Shown: positions 53,344-61,138 of the stretch, piece by piece | Numbering within the stretch: position 1 is the first letter of the stretch | Layout: each line of letters opens with the position of its first letter | Origin: an archaeon | GTDB lineage: Archaea > Iainarchaeota > Iainarchaeia > Iainarchaeales > JAAZKV01 | DNA: 64,000 bases | Direction of reading: 5' to 3' | Assembly (NCBI GenBank): GCA_041664905.1 | Contig: JBAYJX010000002.1 | Span: 530 to 64,529 of the forward strand | Notes under the pieces: generated by a model | What the model saw: the letters and a program-made list of their open reading frames with translations, nothing else | What the model was told of the DNA's origin: nothing | Databases searched by the model: none | Program-made: the position numbers and the translations under genes

Positions 53344-54063
53344 GTGAATTGCCGCCTTAAAACTCAATTATTTATTAAAAACAAAATAAGATATATTAGA
53401 AAGAACATTAACACCAATATGTTAAAGGGACAATTTTATGTAAAATCATTTGAAGAGGATTTTGTGCTTAAATCTGTGATTGATGGAAAAAAAGCACCAT
53501 CCCAATCAATAAAAGAAATAATAGAAAGTAAAGTTATAATTCCAAACACATTTAGCTTTGGAAAAAATAAGCGACTCGCCTGCTCAATATTAAACAAAAA
53601 TTACTTGAAAACATATCGCTCACAAGGATTAATTTTTCAAACACAAAACAACCCAACAGAAATTTTTCCGTTTGATCTAGCTATTTTGACAAAAAATAAC
53701 AACATTATTGTAAGATATTATAAAATAAAAAATTTGCTAGCAGATTATTATGGAAATAACTTGATTACAGGGCACGAAAGATTTTCATTTAAAACAATTG
53801 AAGAACTGTTAAGCGTTTTTCCATCTCCAAAAAAAGTATGGGAAACGGTAAACACATTCAGAATAAATGCATGTGTTACTCAGTTGCCTAAAACAAAATA
53901 CAAGCTTGTTGAGTATAATGAAGCCATATTTGATAAGCCTGTCCAAATAAGTCCGACTGGCATTTTTGGATATACCTTAGAAGTGCGCAAATTAGCAAAA
54001 GAGTTCCATTTACCTTATTATAAAAATGCAAAAGAATTTTGGATAAAGAAAGGCCTTAATTAG
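53344..54063 (+). CDS. hypothetical protein
   Basis: ORF-track frame; the ATG at 53419 (MLKGQFYV...) is more likely than the GTG at 53344. No family recognised. Confidence 0.4.
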   Translation: MNCRLKTQLFIKNKIRYIRKNINTNMLKGQFYVKSFEEDFVLKSVIDGKKAPSQSIKEIIESKVIIPNTFSFGKNKRLACSILNKNYLKTYRSQGLIFQTQNNPTEIFPFDLAILTKNNNIIVRYYKIKNLLADYYGNNLITGHERFSFKTIEELLSVFPSPKKVWETVNTFRINACVTQLPKTKYKLVEYNEAIFDKPVQISPTGIFGYTLEVRKLAKEFHLPYYKNAKEFWIKKGLN

Positions 54064-54088
54064 AAAAATACCTGCAAACAAATCTATT

Positions 54089-55480
54089 TTGCCAAGGTTA
54101 TCGACCCATTTTCAACGAATACATTATAAACATTTAATAGCTAATTTAGACATGGTTTTGGGTTTAATCGCACGAATAATTCAAATCGTCCAAGGGTTTT
54201 TCAAAAAGGACACTTTAATACTAAAAACTAGGATTGAGGATGTGCCTTTATTGATTGAAAAGAACTTTGGATTAAAATCTGCGGAACTTGATGAGTTTAG
54301 TGCAAAAAAAATTGCTCAAATCAAATACTTGCACAGTAAGAGTGTTGGGCTCTTAGAAGATATTTCAAAAAAAGATTTACAAGAAAAACCCAATGAACGA
54401 TTTAACAAAGCTGCAAATACTTCTAAATCACAACTTGAAAATCAACTAAAGCGACTACTCGAAAAACTTAATCCAAAAGATCGCGGAAAAACAGTGGTTG
54501 ACTCAAGAGCTTACTCTGGAGAGAGTTATGCTTTACTCATTAACGAAATTAACGGGTTTAGAAAAAATATTGTTTATACTAGCATTTACTTGAAAGATGA
54601 AATGAAAGAACTTGGAGAAACCCTTCAAGAAATGCTTAATACTTTTGCTGAACTTAACCAGTTTTTTTCAAAGTCCAATGATTTTTTTGAATTTGAAAAA
54701 GTAAAAACAAGTGTTGGCGAGATAATTAAAAAGAAAAAAGAAGTTGAGAATATAGAAAACAAACAAAAAGAATTTTTAGAAAGTTTGGCTCAAAAAGAGA
54801 ACAAAATTCAAGAACAAAAAGATAAAATCTTGCAAAAAAAAGTTGGAAAAGAAATGATTGAGGTAAAAAAACTTGAAGAAGAAATGACTCACCTAATGAG
54901 CGAAAAACAGGATTTGAAAACTGAGATTTCAGGATTATTGATTAATATTGATAGACCAATGCAGAGATTTAAACAACTAGTTGATTCTGGGAGATGGAAG
55001 ATTCCTCTTGAAGAAAAAGAAATGCTTGAACAATTTATGGTTAACCCAATTCTTGCATTAAAAAAAGATCCAAAAGCAGAAATATTCAAAAAAGTTCTTT
55101 TAGAAATATGTAAAGCCATTGAAGAGAATGAAGTTGAATTGAAAGACAAAGAACGAGAAAAAAGACTTAATTCATTGCAAGAACTAATTAACTTTGATTT
55201 TTTTGGAAAAGTATTTTGGAAAATGAATGAGTTGCAAAAAAAGCAAAATGATTTGAACAAAGAACTTGAATCTAGCCCTGCTAAAAAAGAAGTTGAGAAA
55301 GAAGAGACAAAATTAAAAGAACTTGAGAGCGAACTTGCTAACTTAAAGGCCAAATCTGATGAAAATCAAAACTACTCTTTAGCAGTAAAAAAAGAACTTG
55401 CCAAAAGTGTTAATCAAGTAAAAGATTTTGCACAAGAGTCTCTTAAGAAAACACTTATTTTTGAAGAAGAAGCTTACTAG
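54089..55480 (+). CDS. long coiled-coil protein
   Basis: K/E/L-rich heptad-like sequence through most of its 463 aa. The ATG at 54152 is a possible true start. Confidence 0.5.
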   Translation: MPRLSTHFQRIHYKHLIANLDMVLGLIARIIQIVQGFFKKDTLILKTRIEDVPLLIEKNFGLKSAELDEFSAKKIAQIKYLHSKSVGLLEDISKKDLQEKPNERFNKAANTSKSQLENQLKRLLEKLNPKDRGKTVVDSRAYSGESYALLINEINGFRKNIVYTSIYLKDEMKELGETLQEMLNTFAELNQFFSKSNDFFEFEKVKTSVGEIIKKKKEVENIENKQKEFLESLAQKENKIQEQKDKILQKKVGKEMIEVKKLEEEMTHLMSEKQDLKTEISGLLINIDRPMQRFKQLVDSGRWKIPLEEKEMLEQFMVNPILALKKDPKAEIFKKVLLEICKAIEENEVELKDKEREKRLNSLQELINFDFFGKVFWKMNELQKKQNDLNKELESSPAKKEVEKEETKLKELESELANLKAKSDENQNYSLAVKKELAKSVNQVKDFAQESLKKTLIFEEEAY

Positions 55481-55584
55481 CACAAATAGTTTTAGCAAAT
55501 TAAAAGAATTGGCTTAAATATTAGAACCCCCTTATAAGAAACGCACTCAAAAATACTTTTTTGGGTTTAAATGGGGGAGATTAA

Positions 55585-56586
55585 ATGTTTAGTGAATGGA
55601 AAAAAATAGCTACTTTTAGAAAACCACTAACTGAAGTTGTTAACGAAGCAACTCTCGGGAATGGATTAAAGGATTTAGTTATCGCAACTTTTTTAGTAAT
55701 GTTAATTATAGCAATAACCGCAACAATAAACTCTACTTTTATGCCATTAACAGTAATACAATCTTTGGCCAAAGATTTTAATCTGACAATATTTTGGGCA
55801 CTTATTGTAGTTGGTCCAATTATAGCAATAATTGGAACACTAATTGGTGGAGGAGTACTTCACATAATTGCTAAAATTCTTGGCGGAAAAGCAAGTTATG
55901 GAAAATTTGTTGGAGTCTTTTCTAAAGTTGGTGCTGCAATTGAAGGATTTTATCAACTAATAATACAAATAATTTTGTTAGTAGTAACAATAGTTATTGC
56001 AGTGGCAATGCCAAACTCAGCCGGAACTAGTATACTTACTTTAGTTCAGCTTGTGTTAATTTTAGTAAGCCTTTTAGTAGGATTAATTGGACTTTACTTA
56101 AGCATCAAAGCAACTTCAATTGTTCACGAGTTGAGTATGCTAAAATCAGCAGTAGTTGTGCTAATAATTCCAATAATTCTATTAGTGATAATGGTTGTTG
56201 GATTATTATTTGTTGGACTAAGTATGCAAGTAATGAATACTGGCAACGGAATTCCAGAGTCCACAGCAAAAACTGCTTGGAAATCAGCTGAACCTTGGGG
56301 GATAGTTGATTGGGCAAATTCAAATGGAACCTTAACTGTAATATTAAGAAACAATTCTAATGAGCCACTTGATTTTGTTGGAATGACAATTGGAACACAA
56401 AATGACTATATTGGTCGAGAGGGAATATCGCCTGGAGGAACTATAACAAAAACTTTCAATAGTACCTGCACATCTGGAACTAAGTATTCCTATCCAAGAA
56501 ATGAAATAAGTATTATCTATAATGGAAGCTTAATTGCTGGAAAAACGCAAAATGCAGCCGCAGATATAGTCGGAACTTGTCAGTAA
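55585..56586 (+). CDS. multi-pass membrane protein (Yip1-like) with a C-terminal extracellular beta domain
   Basis: About 5 hydrophobic segments followed by WGIVDWANSNGTLTVILRNNSNEPLDF... The family call is tentative. Confidence 0.5.
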   Translation: MFSEWKKIATFRKPLTEVVNEATLGNGLKDLVIATFLVMLIIAITATINSTFMPLTVIQSLAKDFNLTIFWALIVVGPIIAIIGTLIGGGVLHIIAKILGGKASYGKFVGVFSKVGAAIEGFYQLIIQIILLVVTIVIAVAMPNSAGTSILTLVQLVLILVSLLVGLIGLYLSIKATSIVHELSMLKSAVVVLIIPIILLVIMVVGLLFVGLSMQVMNTGNGIPESTAKTAWKSAEPWGIVDWANSNGTLTVILRNNSNEPLDFVGMTIGTQNDYIGREGISPGGTITKTFNSTCTSGTKYSYPRNEISIIYNGSLIAGKTQNAAADIVGTCQ

Positions 56587-56598
56587 ATATAATGCACT

Positions 56599-56634
56599 GC
56601 TGGGCAGAAAGTCTGCTCAGCAATTTCTTTTTTT
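56599..56634 (+). terminator. stem-loop plus T-run downstream of the membrane-protein gene
   Basis: gctgggcag-aaagt-ctgctcagc forms a 9 bp stem with one G-U pair. It is followed by aatttcttttttt. Confidence 0.45.
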
Positions 56635-56735
56635 AATCAAAACCTACTTCCCCTTTTCGCCTTAAAACCACTTTTTCGCACCCTCTAGCAAAAGCCATTT
56701 TATAAGACTTTTTGACTAGGTTTGTTATAGATAGG

Positions 56736-57320
56736 ATGTCTCTTGAAAATGAGGTTAAGCTTTGCAAGTACTTGCTTGAAAAGTATGCTGATATTATTAA
56801 TGAACGCGAAAAGCGTACTATTGGTGAAATTAAAGCACTTGTTGATGGGAGTGATCTTACTGTTCAGTCTTTTGTAGAGGATTTTAAGAGTCCTGATTAT
56901 TCTTTTAGTGAGGACTATGAAGGCGCACTAAAACAGGTTTTTGATTTTGCAAAACTAGAAATTGTTTTTGCTGATGTGGATTTGAATATTAATTACTGGC
57001 TTACTCCAAGAGAACTCTTGGAAGTAAAAGTTGCTGATGATGAAGATTTAGCGGTTTTTATGTGTGCTTCAATGAAGGCTCTAGGAGACAATACTGCGGA
57101 AGTTATTATTGCGGAGCTTGAGAACCTAAAAACACATGCTTTTGTGTTAACTGAAATTGGCAAAGATACTTTACTGCTTGACCCTGCCCAAAACCATCTT
57201 TTCGAAGAATACAAGGGAAACAAAGTTGAATTAATAAAAAAATATTCTTTTCAAAAACACAAAATAAAGAGGTTTCTTTACAGATTTAACTCTGACAAAT
57301 ATGAACAATTCTTGGAATAG
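56736..57320 (+). CDS. hypothetical protein, possibly a transglutaminase-like Cys-His-Asp fold
   Basis: Spacing of VFMCASMKALG ... KTHAFVL ... LLLDP is reminiscent of the transglutaminase-like core. Tentative. Confidence 0.4.
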   Translation: MSLENEVKLCKYLLEKYADIINEREKRTIGEIKALVDGSDLTVQSFVEDFKSPDYSFSEDYEGALKQVFDFAKLEIVFADVDLNINYWLTPRELLEVKVADDEDLAVFMCASMKALGDNTAEVIIAELENLKTHAFVLTEIGKDTLLLDPAQNHLFEEYKGNKVELIKKYSFQKHKIKRFLYRFNSDKYEQFLE

Positions 57321-57407
57321 AGCACTAACAATAACCTCTAGCCTCTTCAAGGAGGCTTTTTAAATTATGCTAACAAAGATTTCCTTAAAGTATTACTTGG
57401 TGAAAAC

Positions 57408-57578
57408 ATGAGCGTAAAAAATAATTCAAACAAGTGTATGTATTGTGGAGCATGCGTTGGGGTTTGCCCGGTTAGCGCAATAGTACTCAAGGATACAAGA
57501 ATTTTTATTGATGAAAAGAAATGTATTTCCTGCGGAGCCTGTGTAAAGATATGTCCTGTTGGGGCGATGAAATTATAA
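57408..57578 (+). CDS. small 2x[4Fe-4S] ferredoxin (56 aa)
   Basis: My own translation, codon-checked: MSVKNNSNKCMYCGACVGVCPVSAIVLKDTRIFIDEKKCISCGACVKICPVGAMKL. Ends 19 nt before the GGR ATG. Below the track cut-off. Confidence 0.8.
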   Translation: MSVKNNSNKCMYCGACVGVCPVSAIVLKDTRIFIDEKKCISCGACVKICPVGAMKL

Positions 57579-57597
57579 TTATAAATGGTGAAATTAA

Positions 57598-58839
57598 ATG
57601 GCTGAAAAAATAATTTATGATGCAATTATTGTTGGGGCTGGTCCAAGCGGACTTGCTGCAGGAATAGAACTTGCTAGTGGAAAAGCCAATGTGCTAATAC
57701 TTGATAGAAAACAAGAAATTGGTTGTCCTAAAAGATGTGCTGAAGGGTTAAGCAATCGATGGTTTGAGATAATGAAATTAAAACCTACTCCAGAGTGGGC
57801 TGTACAAGAAATTAAAGGTGCGGTATTATATGGACCTAATGGAAAGCAAGTAAAAATGAAGGACAAAAAAATATTAGGGTATGTTCTTGAAAGAAAAATG
57901 TTTGAAAAAAATCTTGCTATACAAGCAGTAAAACTTGGAGCAAAAATACTTCTAAAACACCAAGTAGTAGAAGCAAAAAGAGAAAATGGGGTTGTTAGAT
58001 TAAAAGTTGAAGTTAATGATGAAATTAAAGAATTTAGTACAAAGCTTGTTCTTGCTTGTGATGGAATTGATTCTCTTGTTGCAAGAATGCTTGGACTTAA
58101 TACAAAAAATAATCTTAATGATACTGATTCAGGCTACCAGTATGAAATGACTGGAATTAGTGGGTATGATGAGAATTGTTTACACCTTTTCTTTGGAACA
58201 GAAGTTGCTCCAAGAGGATATGTTTGGATTTTTCCAAAAAGAGATAACACCGCAAATGTAGGGATTGGAATTGGAGCATATGTTTCTGCCCAGACAAAAA
58301 TCACTGCTAAAGAATACCTTGATAGATGGATTGCTTCCCAACCTGGACTTAAGGATGGTTCAATAATTGAGGTTAATGCTGGCGGAATTCCTGTTGGGGG
58401 ATTTTTAGAAAAAATGACTGCTGATAACTTGCTTGTTGCTGGGGACGCAGGACACATGGTTGACCCAATACATGGCGGAGGAATAGGAATTGCAATGGAG
58501 GGAGGAAGATTATCCGCTGAAGTTGCACTAAAAGCAATTAAAGCAAACAAATTTACTGATGATTTCCTTTCAACTTATACTGGCGATTGGTTTAAACTTA
58601 GAGGAAACGAACTTAAGCGAAGACTAAAATCTAGACATTTACTTGAACAATTAACTGACGATGATTTCAATTATCTAGCTGAGTCACTTACAATGGATGA
58701 GGCACTAAAAATTGGAAACGGGACAATGAATAAAGCTGAACTTGCAATTCTTTTCACAAAAAAGCTTGTTCAAAGACCTGGCTTAGTAAAGATAATGATG
58801 AAATATTTGCAAGAAGGAAAATCATCAAGTCAAATTTAA
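57598..58839 (+). CDS. geranylgeranyl reductase family flavoprotein (digeranylgeranylglycerophospholipid reductase-like)
   Basis: YDAIIVGAGPSGLAAG FAD motif, PKRCAEGL, GDAGHMVDPIHGGGI motifs. 413 aa. Confidence 0.9.
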   Translation: MAEKIIYDAIIVGAGPSGLAAGIELASGKANVLILDRKQEIGCPKRCAEGLSNRWFEIMKLKPTPEWAVQEIKGAVLYGPNGKQVKMKDKKILGYVLERKMFEKNLAIQAVKLGAKILLKHQVVEAKRENGVVRLKVEVNDEIKEFSTKLVLACDGIDSLVARMLGLNTKNNLNDTDSGYQYEMTGISGYDENCLHLFFGTEVAPRGYVWIFPKRDNTANVGIGIGAYVSAQTKITAKEYLDRWIASQPGLKDGSIIEVNAGGIPVGGFLEKMTADNLLVAGDAGHMVDPIHGGGIGIAMEGGRLSAEVALKAIKANKFTDDFLSTYTGDWFKLRGNELKRRLKSRHLLEQLTDDDFNYLAESLTMDEALKIGNGTMNKAELAILFTKKLVQRPGLVKIMMKYLQEGKSSSQI

Positions 58840-58904
58840 CCCAAAAAAAATCCTTTCTTTAACAGTACAATTCTTTTTTATTCTCTGACTAATAATACTA
58901 TTTC

Positions 58905-60011
58905 ATGGATATACAACTTAGTAACCTTGCTTTACTGCACTTAGTGGAAGAACTAAAGTTCTTTGAAAACGGATTTGTTAATAATGTTCAAACGCTCGAA
59001 AACGGATGGTTGAAGTTTAAAATCCACACAAAAGAACTTGGAGACAAACAATTAGTGGTTACCCCTAACGCTCTTTTTGTTTCAAATTACTCTCTTTCGG
59101 CAAAACAAAACCCAGGAGGATTTTCTGCACTCTTAAAAAAACATCTTAACAATCAAAGAATTGTTTCACTAAGTCAGCACTTAGCTGACAGAATAATTGT
59201 CATGACTTTTCCAAAAGCAGTTTTGATTCTAGAACTATTTGCAAAAGGAAACATTGTTCTTTGTGATAATGAAATGAAAATAATTAAAGCAATGCGAAGA
59301 GAAGAGTGGAAAGATAGAAAGCTTGAACAAAATGCAGAATACAAATTCCCTAGTTCAAGAGGAATAAACCCTGCAGAGGCCACCCTTAAAGATTTTACAA
59401 CCCAACTGAGTCAAAACAGCAAAACTTTTTTTGGGGCATGCGTTGATATTTACAACACATCCCCATTAATTTTGGAATTTGCTTTTGATGAACTAAAACT
59501 TGATAAAAAGAAAGATGCACAAAAAGCCACTCCCCAAGAGGTAAAGAGTTTGTTTGAAAAAATGAAGAGTATTTACTCTTCAAAAGAGAGCAAAGTATTC
59601 CTTAACCAAAATGTGATTTATAGCACTGAGATTGGCAAAGAAAAAGAGAGAGAATTTGAATCCATTACAGCCGCACTAAACATTTTACTCTTAAGTGAAG
59701 GAGATAAGAAAGAGATTAAAATAAAAGAAATTTCCCCAGTAGAAAACCCTAAAACACAAAAAGCCCAAAAAGATACACAAAATATGCTTAACAAAATTAA
59801 AGGGTTTGAAATATCGGCAAGCGAAAATCAAAAAAAAGGCGAAGAAATATTTACACACTACCAGCAAATAGATGAAGTACTAAAGGTTATTCAAAAAGGT
59901 AAACAAAAAGGATTAGAAGAAAAGGAAATTTTAGAAAAAATTAATTCAATTAAACCCATAATCAAAGAACTTGATTTTAAGAAAAAAAGATTAGTCTTAA
60001 TTCTAAATTAA
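58905..60011 (+). CDS. NFACT-N domain protein (Rqc2/FbpA-like), short form lacking the NFACT-R region
   Basis: N-terminal pattern LVEELKFFENGFVNNVQ...LKFKIH...GGFSALLKKHLNNQRIVSLSQHLADRIIVMTF. Only 368 aa. Confidence 0.6.
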   Translation: MDIQLSNLALLHLVEELKFFENGFVNNVQTLENGWLKFKIHTKELGDKQLVVTPNALFVSNYSLSAKQNPGGFSALLKKHLNNQRIVSLSQHLADRIIVMTFPKAVLILELFAKGNIVLCDNEMKIIKAMRREEWKDRKLEQNAEYKFPSSRGINPAEATLKDFTTQLSQNSKTFFGACVDIYNTSPLILEFAFDELKLDKKKDAQKATPQEVKSLFEKMKSIYSSKESKVFLNQNVIYSTEIGKEKEREFESITAALNILLLSEGDKKEIKIKEISPVENPKTQKAQKDTQNMLNKIKGFEISASENQKKGEEIFTHYQQIDEVLKVIQKGKQKGLEEKEILEKINSIKPIIKELDFKKKRLVLILN

Positions 60012-60170
60012 TGAAGAAACTAATTTCTAAAGCATTCTTAAGCAAAAAAAGAATTGCCTTTATTAAGAAAGGCTGAAAATAATAACGGGTTTAGGCAAGA
60101 AGCATTGGAATTATCCTTTAGCATCTTGCGTAGCTTTCACTACACAAGCGCTCGGACGTTTAAGTAAAAT

Positions 60171-60446
60171 TTATTCCTTTCGATTCATGTCTTCTAGGAT
60201 TTCTCTTTCATCAACAATGAACACATCGCTCACTGCTGTTACAGACGCATATGGAACTTCTATTAACTTGTCCACTTTTCCTAGTTTTGACAACAATCTT
60301 GAGGTTCGATCTACTTCGACTACCAAGTACTCTATGTCTCCACCAACTTCAGAAACTACTATGTCGACTAATTTGCCAACTTCGTCTCCTCTGTTAGTTA
60401 TTACTCTCTTTGACGCTAATTGTCTTGCAATTGTGTATTTATACAT
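60171..60446 (-). CDS. PRC-barrel domain protein
   Basis: ASKRVITNRGDEVGKLVDIVVSEVGGDIEYLVVE pattern. 91 aa. Confidence 0.7.
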   Translation of the reverse strand: MYKYTIARQLASKRVITNRGDEVGKLVDIVVSEVGGDIEYLVVEVDRTSRLLSKLGKVDKLIEVPYASVTAVSDVFIVDEREILEDMNRKE

Positions 60447-60721
60447 TTTTTAACACCTTAAAAAAACTTTAACAGATAGAAAGTCTAACTTCTTTATAAA
60501 GGTTTCTCCTAACAAAATCAAACCAAAAAGTGATTATGTATATCAACCAATTTTTTGGACACGAGAGAAGTTAGTCCAAGAAATTGAAAGAAGCCCCAAA
60601 CCACGCTTATGTATAGTTGGTATTTTACTCAGACAAATTGACAATTAAACAACTTTACTAAAAAAAATCGGTTTTATTTTTTAATGCGAAGTTTTTTATT
60701 TAAGAAAAACCTATTTTTAAT

Positions 60722-61066
60722 ATGTCCCTAAAAAGTCCAGATGACGAATACGATGAACTAGTACCAGAAGGAAATAATTTTCTAGACAAACTAGTAAAAA
60801 AATATAAGTTCCATTTTGTTCTTTTAATTGTTGGAATATTACTCGGAATATTTATTCAATTTTACTTTATTGCCCCTTTTCTTGTCGGAATCCAAACCGC
60901 TTCAAGTTCAGATTGTATAACTATAAAAGCCGGATTACTAAAAGAAAATGATTGTCTTAGAACACTCTTACCAAATGTTAAAGCATCAGAAGAATGTGCT
61001 GCTCGCGCATTTATTGAAAAACAAAACTCAACTCCAAAAGATTATAATGAAGAACCAACAAACTAA
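60722..61066 (+). CDS. small single-pass membrane protein
   Basis: TM segment FHFVLLIVGILLGIFIQFYFIAPFLVGI. No family recognised. Confidence 0.4.
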   Translation: MSLKSPDDEYDELVPEGNNFLDKLVKKYKFHFVLLIVGILLGIFIQFYFIAPFLVGIQTASSSDCITIKAGLLKENDCLRTLLPNVKASEECAARAFIEKQNSTPKDYNEEPTN

Positions 61067-61138
61067 ACGACCCAATCTACTAAGTCAATTAACGAAATCC
61101 CACCAAGGCTTTTAAATAAAAACCTCAAAAGCCCTCTT

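Noticed and set aside
60012-60170. Possible ncRNA or 21-codon ORF (MKKLISKAFLSKKRIAFIKKG) downstream of the NFACT gene
   Set aside because: There are only imperfect short complementarities, no promoter or terminator pattern, and the mini-ORF has no SD or distinctive features.
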